Source of the DNA: Candidatus Marinacidobacterales bacterium
Lineage (GTDB): Bacteria > Acidobacteriota > Vicinamibacteria > Marinacidobacterales > SMYC01
NCBI GenBank assembly: GCA_965224085.1
Contig: CBDCYI010000011.1
Location: forward strand, 768,001-832,000
Length of the DNA: 64,000 bases
Direction: 5' to 3'
Below the pieces are notes generated by a model. That model did not search any database and was not told the origin of the DNA. It saw only the letters and a program-made list of their open reading frames with translations. The position numbers and the translations under genes were made by a program. The first letter of the stretch is position 1. The number at the start of each line of letters is the position of its first letter. Positions 9,897 to 19,929 of this stretch are shown in pieces.

Positions 9897-11035
9897 TGGC
9901 TCTGCAACGCCCCGCACTCGAAGCCAAGATCTCGAACTTTCTTTCGGTCCCCGTCGTTGCGGGTGCGGCCGGAGCCCTCGTCGTGTTTGCGCTCCTGCCG
10001 CAGATTGCGGAGCTCATCCGCGAGCAGCTCTCGGACAATCTTTCGCCCACGATGGCGAAAGTGGCCGCGACCACCATCGGAGTCCTCGCCGCCGTCTTTC
10101 TGATCACACAGCTACCCATCTTTCTCATTTGGTGGGAGCGTAAGATCGCAGCCCACATCCAGGATCGTCTCGGTCCGATGCGGGTCGGCTGGCACGGCGT
10201 CTTGCAGAGCTTCGCCGACGGGCTCAAGCTTCTCTTCAAAGAAGACATCATTGCGGATGGTGCCGATCGCTTTCTCTTCAAGCTCGCGCCGTTTCTCGTT
10301 GTTATGGGTGCGTTCTCAGCCTTTGCCGTGCTGCCTTGGGCAGACGGGCTCGTCATCTCCGACCTGAATATCGGTGTTTTGTACGTCATCGCGATCACGT
10401 CGTTCGGTGCGATCGGCATTCTGATGGCTGGCTGGGCCTCGAACAATAAATACGCGCTCTACGGCGGCATGCGCTCGGCGGCGCAGATGGTGAGCTACGA
10501 GATCCCGACGGCCATCATCATCCTCTCCATCGTGATCCAGGTGGGAAGCTTGAACCTACAGGACATCATCGCGGCGCAGCAAGGAGGTATCGGAGACTTC
10601 CAGAACTGGTTCCTCTTCCGCGCGTGGGGGTTGAACGTTATCGGATTCGTCTTGTTCTTCGTCTGCGGGCTCGCGGAGACGAACCGCAACCCTTTCGATA
10701 TCCCCGAGGCGGAATCAGAGCTCGTCGCCGGCTATCACACGGAATATAGCGGCATGCGCTTCGCGCTCTTTTTTCTCGCAGAGTACGGCGCTATGTTCTT
10801 CGTCGCCGGTGTCGCGGTCGTGCTCTTTCTCGGCGGCTGGTCCGGGCCGGTCTTTAGTGGGCCTCTCGTCTTCTTCTTCAAAACCCTCGCTATCGTCTTC
10901 GTTCAGATGTGGATTCGGTGGACGCTCCCGAGGCTTCGCGTGGATCAGCTGATGGCGCTTTGCTGGAAATATCTGATCCCTATCGCTTTCGTGGTCTTGA
11001 TGGGCGCCGCGGTGTTACAGGTTTCTGGAGGCTAG
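9896..11035 (+). CDS. nuoH: NADH-quinone oxidoreductase subunit H
   Basis: ERK..QDRLGP, ADGLKLLFKED, AQMVSYE, PFDIPEAESELVAGY, LPRLRVDQL; TAATG overlap. Confidence 0.96.
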   Translation: MALQRPALEAKISNFLSVPVVAGAAGALVVFALLPQIAELIREQLSDNLSPTMAKVAATTIGVLAAVFLITQLPIFLIWWERKIAAHIQDRLGPMRVGWHGVLQSFADGLKLLFKEDIIADGADRFLFKLAPFLVVMGAFSAFAVLPWADGLVISDLNIGVLYVIAITSFGAIGILMAGWASNNKYALYGGMRSAAQMVSYEIPTAIIILSIVIQVGSLNLQDIIAAQQGGIGDFQNWFLFRAWGLNVIGFVLFFVCGLAETNRNPFDIPEAESELVAGYHTEYSGMRFALFFLAEYGAMFFVAGVAVVLFLGGWSGPVFSGPLVFFFKTLAIVFVQMWIRWTLPRLRVDQLMALCWKYLIPIAFVVLMGAAVLQVSGG

Positions 11036-11038
11036 TCG

Positions 11039-11578
11039 ATGAAAGAATATTTCCTGGATCTCTGGGCCGCCGTGAGCACCACGGCTACAGGCATGGTCAT
11101 TACGTTCAGACATCTGTTCGTGGTTAACGAGACCCAGCAATATCTGTCCGAAGAAAAACCCGAGACTCGCTGGAACTCGGTCATCGTGCCCGAAGGTTTG
11201 CTGCAGGACCGCTCGCGCATGCGGCTCTACGTGAAAATGGAAGACTGCATCGGGTGCCTGCAGTGCGAAAAAGTCTGCCCGGTGGACTGCATCACCATCA
11301 CCACGGAAAAGCGGGCGAAGACGGAGCTTCCGATCTTTGCCGCCAACGGCCAGGGGATCAAACAGAGGGTCGTGCAGTTCGATATCGACATGTCGCTTTG
11401 CTGCTACTGCAGCCTCTGCGTCTATCCATGTCCCACCGACTGTATCGTCATGACGCCCGAATACGAGTTCGCCGAGAGGGACAAGACCAACTTTCTCTAC
11501 CGCTTCGCGAAGGATAAGGCTACGCCTCCGGCGCCTCCGGAAGAAAAAAAGGAGGCTGAGCCGGTCGCGGCAGGTTGA
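11039..11578 (+). CDS. nuoI: NADH-quinone oxidoreductase subunit I
   Basis: Two CxxCxxCxxxCP motifs. Confidence 0.92.
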   Translation: MKEYFLDLWAAVSTTATGMVITFRHLFVVNETQQYLSEEKPETRWNSVIVPEGLLQDRSRMRLYVKMEDCIGCLQCEKVCPVDCITITTEKRAKTELPIFAANGQGIKQRVVQFDIDMSLCCYCSLCVYPCPTDCIVMTPEYEFAERDKTNFLYRFAKDKATPPAPPEEKKEAEPVAAG

Positions 11579-11585
11579 CGACGCT

Positions 11586-12095
11586 ATGGAAGACCTAGCC
11601 CCCAAAATCATTTTCTGGGTTTTTGCCGCGCTCATGCTGGGCTCGGCGCTCATCGTGGTCGCGGGGAAAAACCTCGTGCGCTCTGCCTTCGCGCTTCTCG
11701 CGACCTTTTTCAGCGTCGCGGCGTTTTACGTGATGCTCGGTGCCGACTTTCTCGCCGGCGCGCAGGTTCTCGTCTATGTCGGCGGCATCCTGACGCTCAT
11801 TCTTTTCGGCGTCATGTTGACCAATCGGATTTACAGCCTGGAGTTGAACACACCGAAGTTTCAAGTCGTGCCGGGCGCGCTCGTTTCCGCGGCCGTCTTC
11901 GTGGTTCTCGTCACCGTCATTCGCATGACGCCTTGGAAGAAGGCGTCGATTACGGAAGATGGATGGAACACGACGGAAACGATTGGCCGATCGCTGATGA
12001 ATCAATATGTGCTGCCCTTCGAAGTGGCCTCGGTGCTTCTTTTGATAGCGCTTCTCGGCGCGGCGATGCTCGTACGTCGGAGGACGGATCTGTGA
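11586..12095 (+). CDS. nuoJ: NADH-quinone oxidoreductase subunit J
   Basis: QVLVYVGGI, LPFEVASVLL. Confidence 0.93.
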   Translation: MEDLAPKIIFWVFAALMLGSALIVVAGKNLVRSAFALLATFFSVAAFYVMLGADFLAGAQVLVYVGGILTLILFGVMLTNRIYSLELNTPKFQVVPGALVSAAVFVVLVTVIRMTPWKKASITEDGWNTTETIGRSLMNQYVLPFEVASVLLLIALLGAAMLVRRRTDL

Positions 12096-12397
12096 TTCCT
12101 CTCGAGTACTATCTCATCGTGGCAGCGGCTCTTTTTTCGCTGGGCTTGTTCGGCATGCTGACGCGCAAGAATGCCGTCAACGTGTTGATGTCCATCGAGC
12201 TCATCTTCAATTCGGCGAACATCAACCTCGTGGCGTTCTCGCGATTCGTTGCCGTCGATACCGACGGACAAGTCTTTGCGCTCCTCGTCATCGCGATTGC
12301 CGCCTGCGAAGCGGCGGTGGCGCTCGCTATCGTGATGTCTCTTTATCGCATCACTAAGGGCGTGAGCCTCGAAGATGCTTCGGTATTGAAAGGATAG
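12092..12397 (+). CDS. nuoK: NADH-quinone oxidoreductase subunit K
   Basis: LMSIELIFNS, GQVF, AACEAAVALA; GTGA overlap. Confidence 0.94.
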   Translation: MIPLEYYLIVAAALFSLGLFGMLTRKNAVNVLMSIELIFNSANINLVAFSRFVAVDTDGQVFALLVIAIAACEAAVALAIVMSLYRITKGVSLEDASVLKG

Positions 12398-12400
12398 GAC

Positions 12401-13936
12401 GTGGTTCCCCTCGACGCCGTCTCCAGTCTGAAATATTTCGTTCCAGAGATAGTGCTGGTCGTTACGCTGATGGGCGTTCTTGTTTTTGACTTGATCTCGA
12501 AGAATCGGGCTGCTTGGGAGCGGCGCGTCGTGATCGTCTTACCGTCGCTGTTCGGGCTCATGATCGCGCTCTTTTTCTCGGTGTACATTTACTTCTCGGT
12601 GAAGGGGCCGGACCCCTCGGTAGCTGTCGGCTTGTTCAGCAATATGGTTGCCTACGATGGATTCGGCAATCTTCTACGCATCCTTTTCATCGTCACCGCC
12701 ATCATCATCTTGCTTTTCACGCTCGAGTCCCGCGAGCTTCGCTCTGTCCATCACGGCGAGCTCATGGTGTTGCTGCTCACCGTCACCGTGGCCCTCATCT
12801 GGATGGCGAACTCCATCAACTTGATGATGGTTTACCTTGCGCTCGAGACGGTGTCGGTCGCCTCCTATATCATGGTCGGGTATTTGAAGACGGATCGGCT
12901 GTCGAACGAAGCGTCGCTCAAATACATTTTGTTTGGAGCCGTGTCGACGGGAACGATGCTCTTCGGGTTGTCGCTCCTCTACGGTCTCGCTGGAAGTCTC
13001 GACCTGCACGAAATCCGCGCAGCGCTCGCGAACGAACAAGCGGTCGCGAGCTCGGGACCCGCACTCATGGTCATCATCGTGCTCGTGCTCGCCGGTATCG
13101 GCTTCAAAATGGCGACGGTGCCGTTCCACTTTTGGTGTCCGGACGTTTACACGGGGGCTCCGACGCCGGTGACGGCGCTTTTGTCGGTCGGACCGAAAGT
13201 GGCGGGCTTTGCCGTCCTCGTCCGCTTCTTCTATGGCGGCATGGCTTCGCCGACCGGCGAAGAGACGTGGGCGATGGTCGGGAGCGTCGACTGGCAAACG
13301 ATCTTGATGGGCGTTTCCATTATCACCATGACGCTCGGGAATATTGCCGCCTTGCGCCAAACCAATCTGAAGAGGCTTCTTGCTTATTCGAGCATCGCCC
13401 ATGCCGGCTACATCATGATGGGCGCGGTCGCGCTTTCCGATCGGGGCATCCAAGCCATGCTCGCTTATGTCGTCGTGTACTTGTTCATGAATCTCGGCGC
13501 CTTCCTCGTTATCATCGTCGTCCATAACAGCACCGGTAGCTTCGACATCAAAGACTACGCGGGCACCTGGCGCCGCTCTCCCATGCTGACGATCGTCATG
13601 GGGGTCTTTCTCTTCTCCTTGATGGGCATCCCTCCATTCGCTGGTTTCCTCGCGAAGTGGTATGTCTTCGCCGCTGTGATCCGAGCCGGACTCGTGTGGC
13701 TGGCGGTCATCGGCGTTGTGAACAGCGCGATTGGCGCCTTTTACTACATCAAAATATTGAAAACCATGTTCATCGAAGGATCCGATACGCCGGAGCCTTC
13801 GTCGAAACTCGAGTTCCACCCCATTTACGCGGGTTTACTTTTCGTCCTCGTCGTGCCTAATATTATTGGCCTGCTGTTGTGGGGCTATTTGGACGACGTG
13901 ACGAAGATTTCCAAGACACTTCTCGATGTGATGTGA
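12401..13936 (+). CDS. nuoN: NADH-quinone oxidoreductase subunit N
   Basis: EASLKY, GFKMATVPFHFWCPDVYTGAPTPV, KRLLAYSSIAHAGY (NuoN signatures). Confidence 0.93.
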   Translation: MVPLDAVSSLKYFVPEIVLVVTLMGVLVFDLISKNRAAWERRVVIVLPSLFGLMIALFFSVYIYFSVKGPDPSVAVGLFSNMVAYDGFGNLLRILFIVTAIIILLFTLESRELRSVHHGELMVLLLTVTVALIWMANSINLMMVYLALETVSVASYIMVGYLKTDRLSNEASLKYILFGAVSTGTMLFGLSLLYGLAGSLDLHEIRAALANEQAVASSGPALMVIIVLVLAGIGFKMATVPFHFWCPDVYTGAPTPVTALLSVGPKVAGFAVLVRFFYGGMASPTGEETWAMVGSVDWQTILMGVSIITMTLGNIAALRQTNLKRLLAYSSIAHAGYIMMGAVALSDRGIQAMLAYVVVYLFMNLGAFLVIIVVHNSTGSFDIKDYAGTWRRSPMLTIVMGVFLFSLMGIPPFAGFLAKWYVFAAVIRAGLVWLAVIGVVNSAIGAFYYIKILKTMFIEGSDTPEPSSKLEFHPIYAGLLFVLVVPNIIGLLLWGYLDDVTKISKTLLDVM

Positions 13937-13962
13937 ATCTCGATTTGAAGGAGGAACGCTAG

Positions 13963-14220
13963 ATGTCTTACTACATCGCCGAGCCCTGCATCGGCACCAA
14001 AGACACCGCTTGCGTTGAAGTCTGCCCGGTAGACTGCATCCACCCAACGAAGGACGAAGACAACTTCGAAGAAGCCAAGCAGCTCTATATCGAACCGGAC
14101 ACGTGCATCGACTGCGGCGCCTGCGAGCCCGTCTGCCCGGTCACGGCGATCTTTCCTGAGGAAGAGCTTCCCGAAAAGTGGAACGAATACATCGCGATCA
14201 ACACAGACTACTACGCTTGA
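13963..14220 (+). CDS. fdxA: 7Fe-type ([3Fe-4S]+[4Fe-4S]) ferredoxin
   Basis: Cx7CxxxCP and CxxCxxCxxxCP; GGAGG RBS. Confidence 0.9.
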   Translation: MSYYIAEPCIGTKDTACVEVCPVDCIHPTKDEDNFEEAKQLYIEPDTCIDCGACEPVCPVTAIFPEEELPEKWNEYIAINTDYYA

Positions 14221-14391
14221 TCTAGACGTCCAATCTGGTTCGAGGTCGGGGATAATTCCCGGTCTCTTTCGCTCTCGCACTGCGACTGACGGGGTGGTAG
14301 TGCACTTCGGCATTCCCCTCTTTTCGAGCTCGGTAGTTCTTCGAACGCGTGTCTCTTCCCGCGAATGCGGTACAATTCACGCGGAACTACC

Positions 14392-15837
14392 ATGAGGCGA
14401 GTCCCTTCGACAGCCATTCTCGCTAGCGCCGCGCTCGTCGTCGTCGCCTGCGTCAAAGACCCCGTCACTGGAAAACGCGAGCTCGTTCTCATCGGGGAGT
14501 CCGAAGAGATCGCGATGGGCCAGCAAGGCTCGGCCGATGTCGAAGCGAGCATGGGGCTCTATCAGGATGAGGAGCTCGGCGCCTATGTGGAAGAGCTCGG
14601 ACAGGGCATGGCGCAGGATTCCGAGCGGCCCCACCTGTCGTGGCAGTTTCGCGTCATCGATTCGCCCGTCGTCAACGCTTTTGCGCTTCCGGGCGGCTAC
14701 GTTTATCTCACGCGAGGCATTCTCGCTTACATGAACAGCGAAGCCGCGATGGCCGGCGTCCTCGGGCACGAGATCGGGCACGTGACCGCCCGCCATCACG
14801 TGGAGCAAATGTCGAAGCAACAGCTAGCCGGTCTCGGTCTCAACGTGGGCACGGTTTTCTTCCCCGAGGCGCGTCCGTTCGGCGACATCCTCGGCAGCGG
14901 CGTAGGACTCTTGTTTCTCAAATTCGGACGCGACGCGGAAAAGGAATCCGATCGTCTCGGAGTGCGTTACTCGCTCGGGCGGAGCTATGACCCGACCGAG
15001 ATGGCGCACTTTTTCGCCGTGCTCGCGCGCCTCGCTGGCCCAGAGCGCCAAGTTCCGGCTTGGGCCTCCACGCATCCCGATCCTCAGGACCGTGAGACCA
15101 CGATCCTCGCTCTTGTCTTGGAACAGGGCGCGGGACGGGCAGATTTGAGGACGGGAGCCGAGCGCTATCGGCGTTTAACGGAGGATCTCATTTTCGGTGA
15201 CAACCCTCGTGAAGGCTTCATGCGCGGCTCGCGCTTCTTGCACCCAGAGCTCGAGTTCCAGCTCGAATTTCCCGAAGGGTGGAAGGTCCAGAACACGCAG
15301 ACGGTCGTCTACGCAGCGGCTCCCGACGGGGGAGCCTCGATGCAGTTGACCGTGTCGCTCGTCCCGCCGGGCACGGCTCCGGAGACGCATGCCCGCGACT
15401 TTTTCCGTCAGAACAAGCTCGAATACGGCACCGGGGAGCGGCTTCGGGTGGGTCCTTTTTCCGCTTATCGCGCGCCGTTCCGGGCGTTGACGCGAACGGG
15501 CGAGCTCTACGGTGAAGCGGGCTTCGTCGCGGACGGGGATCACATATACGAGATCCTCGGCTTAACTAGGCGAAACGCCATCCGGCGCTACGCACCGGTG
15601 TTCCAAGACGCGATCGAAAGCTTCGATCGGTTGCGCGATCGGTCGGCTCTCGAGATCCAGCCGTCGCGCATCCACTGGGTGCAAGCTTCGCGCAACGTGA
15701 CGCTCCGGGAGGCTCTCCTCGAAGCCGGCGCGGATTCCGACGGGCTCGACGTTATGTCTGTGCTCAACAACCTCGGGCTCGATAAAAGCCTCACCAAGGG
15801 CCAGTGGATCAAAGTGCTCGAACGAGGCTCGCCTTGA
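14392..15837 (+). CDS. M48-family Zn metalloprotease lipoprotein (BepA/YfgC-like) with C-terminal extension
   Basis: Lipobox-like VVAC; NAFALPGG, GHEIGHV, STHP. Confidence 0.88.
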   Translation: MRRVPSTAILASAALVVVACVKDPVTGKRELVLIGESEEIAMGQQGSADVEASMGLYQDEELGAYVEELGQGMAQDSERPHLSWQFRVIDSPVVNAFALPGGYVYLTRGILAYMNSEAAMAGVLGHEIGHVTARHHVEQMSKQQLAGLGLNVGTVFFPEARPFGDILGSGVGLLFLKFGRDAEKESDRLGVRYSLGRSYDPTEMAHFFAVLARLAGPERQVPAWASTHPDPQDRETTILALVLEQGAGRADLRTGAERYRRLTEDLIFGDNPREGFMRGSRFLHPELEFQLEFPEGWKVQNTQTVVYAAAPDGGASMQLTVSLVPPGTAPETHARDFFRQNKLEYGTGERLRVGPFSAYRAPFRALTRTGELYGEAGFVADGDHIYEILGLTRRNAIRRYAPVFQDAIESFDRLRDRSALEIQPSRIHWVQASRNVTLREALLEAGADSDGLDVMSVLNNLGLDKSLTKGQWIKVLERGSP

Positions 15838-16973
15838 TAGGGCGCGGGATCCGTCTCGGCGCGATTCTCGGCATACCCATTCGCGTCGATTATTCCTGGA
15901 CGGTCATCGCGGTACTACTCACCGCGGGAATGGCTGTCGGCCTCGGTCAGAGCTTTCCCTATCTCGGACTCTTATCGCGGCTCTTGCTCGGACTGTCGGC
16001 CTGCTTGCTTCTCTTCGCCTCGGTCCTCGCGCACGAGCTGTCCCACGCGGTCATCGCGCTGAGACACGACGTCGGCATCCGGAGTATCACGCTGTTCATC
16101 TTCGGCGGCGCAGCGGAAATGCTCGAGGAGCCTCGTAGCGCCCATGCGGAGTTCTCGATCGCGATTGCGGGGCCCGTCATGAGCGTAGCACTCGCGGGAC
16201 TCTTCGGCGCGTTGTACGCCATGGGCCTCGGCGTGCTTCCCCCGCCTTTCATGGACGTGATGGCGCGCCTCGCCGTATGGAACGTCATTCTTGTTGCGTT
16301 CAACATCGTTCCCGGCTTTCCCCTCGATGGCGGGCGCGTTCTGCGCGCGGTGCTTTGGGGAATCTGGGGTCAGCTCGCTCCAGCGACGAGGGTCGCGAGC
16401 GCCGTAGGCTCGTTTTTTGGAGCGCTTGTGATGTTTCTCGGGCTCATGTTCGTCTTCGTTTTCGACAACCTCATCGGCGGCGTTTGGTTCTTTCTCATCG
16501 GGATGTTCCTGCGCTATGCGGCGCGCTCGAGCTACCGGCAGGTGCTTGTGAGAGAGGCGCTCGAGGGTGTAACGGCACGCGACCTGATGACGAGCGACGT
16601 CCCTTGCGTTCCACCGGGGATGACGCTCGAGGCCGTCGTCGACGAAGTCATCCTGCCGCGAGGGGTCGTCGAGGTGCCCGTGGTAGATCGAGGCCTGCTT
16701 GTCGGGTTGCTCGCCTTTCAGAGTTTTCGAGGGAAGGGACCAGCGGCTCTCGAGAGCCTGACCGCGAGTGACTTGATGACCCGCGATTTCCTGGAAGAGA
16801 CGATAAGCCCCGACGAAGACGCGTTCAAAGTCTTGGCGCGGCTGGGCTCAGACGACCACCGTCTTGCGGTTGTGAGCGGCGGCGTTCTGGCCGGAATCGT
16901 GAGCCGGGAAGACGCGCTCCGGCGGCTGTCGCTCATCCTGGAGCTTCGCCAGCAGCGCTCCAATCGAGCGTGA
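15834..16973 (+). CDS. Site-2 protease (M50) with CBS domains
   Basis: HELSH, FNIVPGFPLDGGR, C-terminal CBS pair. Confidence 0.9.
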   Translation: MIGRGIRLGAILGIPIRVDYSWTVIAVLLTAGMAVGLGQSFPYLGLLSRLLLGLSACLLLFASVLAHELSHAVIALRHDVGIRSITLFIFGGAAEMLEEPRSAHAEFSIAIAGPVMSVALAGLFGALYAMGLGVLPPPFMDVMARLAVWNVILVAFNIVPGFPLDGGRVLRAVLWGIWGQLAPATRVASAVGSFFGALVMFLGLMFVFVFDNLIGGVWFFLIGMFLRYAARSSYRQVLVREALEGVTARDLMTSDVPCVPPGMTLEAVVDEVILPRGVVEVPVVDRGLLVGLLAFQSFRGKGPAALESLTASDLMTRDFLEETISPDEDAFKVLARLGSDDHRLAVVSGGVLAGIVSREDALRRLSLILELRQQRSNRA

Positions 16974-16987
16974 GCTAGCAGCTAGTA

Positions 16988-17230
16988 CTAACAGAGAAGC
17001 GCTACCGCGACGCCCGAGACGATGGCGACGGGTACGAGGACGGGGAGCAGGGCTAGAACGACGAGACCGACGCACAGAAGAGCGGCCGCGGCGAGCTTGG
17101 CGGCGCCGCCCAAAATGGCCCCTAAGAGCTTGAATGGGATGAGCACGAGCGCTATGAGGAGCTTCAAAACGACTACCGCGACCGTCAGGATGAGCACCAA
17201 CCCAAGCACGGCAAGTATCAGAATCTCCAT
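16988..17230 (-). CDS. Small hydrophobic membrane protein
   Basis: GGAG SD before ATG at 17230; nearly all hydrophobic residues. Confidence 0.6.
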   Translation of the reverse strand: MEILILAVLGLVLILTVAVVVLKLLIALVLIPFKLLGAILGGAAKLAAAALLCVGLVVLALLPVLVPVAIVSGVAVALLC

Positions 17231-17294
17231 GACCACTCCCATCAACCTATACGGTCGCCAGCAGATTCCGGTTCCGTAGCGGACCCCGAGCGTC

Positions 17295-18743
17295 GTGAAA
17301 ATCGTCTTCGTCACGCCGGAGCTTGCCCCTGTCGCCAAGGTGGGGGGGCTCGCCGACGTCGCCGCGTCTCTTCCTAGGGCTCTAAAGCGCCTTGGGCACA
17401 GGGTTTACGTGATTGTTCCGCGCTACGCGGGGACTGAGATCGACATCGAGCGGGGCCGGCCCGTTTTGACCGGCGTTGAGCTCGAGGTCGAGATGGATGG
17501 TGTCCGGCGGATCGCGCGTCTTTCCCGCGCTCGCCTCAATGGTGTTGCGACCTATTTCGTCGAAAGCGACGACTACTTCGACCGCCGCGCCGTTTACGGA
17601 GACAGCGGCGGTGACTACGACGACAACCCCTTCCGCTTCGCGTTTTTCTCGCGGGCGGCTCTCGCGGCGACCGAAGCGCTTGGGCTCGCCCCGGACATGA
17701 TTCACGTGCACGACTGGCAGACGGCGCTTCTCCCGGTCTATCAGAGACTCGACGGCCGGTCGTCGCGGACGCCGGTCGTGCTGACGGTCCATAACCTTGC
17801 CTATCAGGGGATCTTTCGAAGGGAGCTCTTGCCGCGTCTCGGCCTTCCCGACTCCCTTTTTCACATCGACGCGCTCGAGTTCTACGGGGGGCTCAACTTT
17901 CTCAAAGGAGGGCTTGTTAGTGCGGAGCGGCTCACGACGGTCAGCCCGAGCTATGCCCGTGAGATTCAACGGGCGGAGCTCGGAGCTGGGCTCGAGGGGG
18001 TTTTGCGCACCCGTGCGGATCGGCTTACTGGCATCGTCAACGGCATCGAGCCCAATGATTGGCATCCGGGGAAAGATCCGGCGCTCACGTCTCGATTCGC
18101 CTCGACGCGGCTTTCGGGCAAAGCGGCGGGGAAGCTCGAGCTGCAAAAAGAGCTCGGTCTGACCCTGTCGCCTCGGATCCCGCTCCTCGCTGCGATCGGA
18201 CGTCTCGATCCTCAAAAAGGCTTCGAGCTTGTGCTCGAAGCTGTGCCCGCGCTCGTCGCAGAGGAAAAGGCGCAGCTCGTCGTGCTCGGCTCGGGGCGCC
18301 AGGAATTTCTCGACGCCTTTCGCCCTCTCGTCGCGCGTTTCCCGAAAGCCATCTCGGTGAATCGTGGCTTTCAGGAGGCGCTCGGCCGGCGCATCTACGC
18401 TTATGCCGATCTTTTCTTGATGCCGTCGCGCTACGAGCCTTGCGGCCTCGGCCAGATGATTGCGCTCCGCTATGGCACCCTTCCCGTTGTGCGCGCGACC
18501 GGCGGCCTTGCGGACACCATCCGCGACCTGGACGAAGACCCTGAGGGAGGAAACGGGTTTTCTTTCGAAGCGTTCGACGTCTCGGCGCTCCGAACGACGC
18601 TTCGGCGCGCGCTCCGCCACTACGAGAACGAGAAGCTGTGGACGCGCTGGGTGCGGCGCGCGATGCGCGAAGATTCTTCGTGGAGAAGCTCAGCGGGCCG
18701 CTATCTCGAAGTCTACGGGCAGGCGATTCGTGACCTCGGCTGA
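17295..18743 (+). CDS. glgA: Glycogen synthase
   Basis: KVGGLADV, HDWQT, HNLAYQG, MPSRYEPCGL. Confidence 0.96.
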   Translation: MKIVFVTPELAPVAKVGGLADVAASLPRALKRLGHRVYVIVPRYAGTEIDIERGRPVLTGVELEVEMDGVRRIARLSRARLNGVATYFVESDDYFDRRAVYGDSGGDYDDNPFRFAFFSRAALAATEALGLAPDMIHVHDWQTALLPVYQRLDGRSSRTPVVLTVHNLAYQGIFRRELLPRLGLPDSLFHIDALEFYGGLNFLKGGLVSAERLTTVSPSYAREIQRAELGAGLEGVLRTRADRLTGIVNGIEPNDWHPGKDPALTSRFASTRLSGKAAGKLELQKELGLTLSPRIPLLAAIGRLDPQKGFELVLEAVPALVAEEKAQLVVLGSGRQEFLDAFRPLVARFPKAISVNRGFQEALGRRIYAYADLFLMPSRYEPCGLGQMIALRYGTLPVVRATGGLADTIRDLDEDPEGGNGFSFEAFDVSALRTTLRRALRHYENEKLWTRWVRRAMREDSSWRSSAGRYLEVYGQAIRDLG

Positions 18744-19200
18744 GATCGAGGGTCTCGCGCGTATCGACTGGGACTACCAACAGATGCACCACGCCCTCGA
18801 GAAGCGCTCCGTGCGTGTATTCGGACTGGCGACGAAGCGGCCCTACAGCTTCGTCGACGCCGCCGCCCGTGCGCTCGTCGACCTTGCCCTCACGAGGCCG
18901 GAGGGAGGCGACACGTTCCATGTTGGCTCCGAGGAGTCCGTCGCTTTCTCCCGTCTGCTCGACGCTGTGGGGCGCCTGCGGCCCGACGTCCGTTTCGAGC
19001 GCCTTGAGCTACTCGCGGACGCCGACCTCTCGATGAAGCCAAAAGACGCGCGCCCTGTTCTCGATGCAGCACGTCTCGAGTCGGTTATCGGCCCGGTTGA
19101 TTGGCGCTTCGTCGAAGAGGGGCTCGAGCAGCTCATGGATTGGTCCGCAGGGTTAGGACGATTCCGGAATGAAGCCTCTTGGCTTGATTCGGCGCAATGA
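18730..19200 (+). pseudogene. C-terminal remnant of an NAD-dependent epimerase/dehydratase
   Basis: RxYxFVD..FHVGS..EEGL pattern with no Rossmann N-terminus. Confidence 0.45.
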
Positions 19201-19783
19201 CGCTTTCGACGACACAGATTGGGTCTTCGAGCTCAAACATGACGGCTTCCGCGCCCTCGCTTATGTCGACGCGGCGAAGTGCCGGCTCGTCTCCCGCAAT
19301 CAACATCGCTTCGACGAGTTTGACGCGCTCGCAACGGCGATCGCCAAGGTTCTGTCCGACCGTCGCGCCGTGATCGACGGAGAGATCGTGTGCCTCGACG
19401 CCGAGGGACGTCCCCGGTTTTACGAGCTTTTGGCGCGGAAAGGTAAACCTTGTTACTACGCGTTCGATTTGCTCTGGCTCGACGGAGAAGACTTGCGAGA
19501 TCGGCCGCTTCTCGAGCGCAAAGCGAAGCTGAGGGCGCTCGTCCCCGAAGAAGACTCGCGATTGCTCTATGTCGATCACATCGAAGCGAGCGGGGTCGCG
19601 CTTTTCGAGAGAGTCTGCGAGATGGATCTCGAGGGCGTCATCGCCAAGCGCAAGAAGGGACTCTACCGAGAGGGCACGACCTGGTACAAGATCAAGAACG
19701 CGGTTTACTCGCAGGCGGAAGGGAGAGGGGAGGTATTCGACCGCAGGCGATCGAGACCAGGCTTCACCGCGGAGGATGGCTGA
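19169..19783 (+). CDS. Stand-alone ATP-dependent DNA ligase adenylation domain (LigC/LigD-like)
   Basis: ELKHDGFR (motif I), IDGEIV, AFDLL, EGVIAKR, WYKIK; no OB domain. Confidence 0.8.
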   Translation: MKPLGLIRRNDAFDDTDWVFELKHDGFRALAYVDAAKCRLVSRNQHRFDEFDALATAIAKVLSDRRAVIDGEIVCLDAEGRPRFYELLARKGKPCYYAFDLLWLDGEDLRDRPLLERKAKLRALVPEEDSRLLYVDHIEASGVALFERVCEMDLEGVIAKRKKGLYREGTTWYKIKNAVYSQAEGRGEVFDRRRSRPGFTAEDG

Positions 19784-19836
19784 CCCGAAACGATGCTCGA
19801 AAGAGCAATTTCGAAGATCAATATAGGAAAAGCGTA

Positions 19837-19860
19837 ACGCAAAGACGCAAAGGCGCAAAG
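19837..19860 (+). repeat. Three tandem RCGCAAAG octamers
   Basis: ACGCAAAG ACGCAAAG GCGCAAAG seen directly. Confidence 0.6.
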
Positions 19861-19929
19861 GAAAGAAAGGGGAAAGGCAAATCCGACGCCCCAGAATTTT
19901 CCGGGCCCCTGCATGAAGACTACGTTACG

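Noticed and set aside
12674-13819. Long antisense ORFs (also 17382-18620, 30586-31641, 38205-39236)
   Set aside because: Shadow ORFs expected in GC-rich coding DNA; no protein motifs
12401-13936. Antiporter subunit as NuoM, NuoL or MrpD instead of NuoN
   Set aside because: The FK..VPFH.W.PDVY.GAP and EA.LKY motifs are NuoN-specific
19837-19860. RCGCAAAG repeats as a marker of an adjacent GxxExxY-type gene
   Set aside because: No such ORF follows; the association is from memory and cannot be verified here
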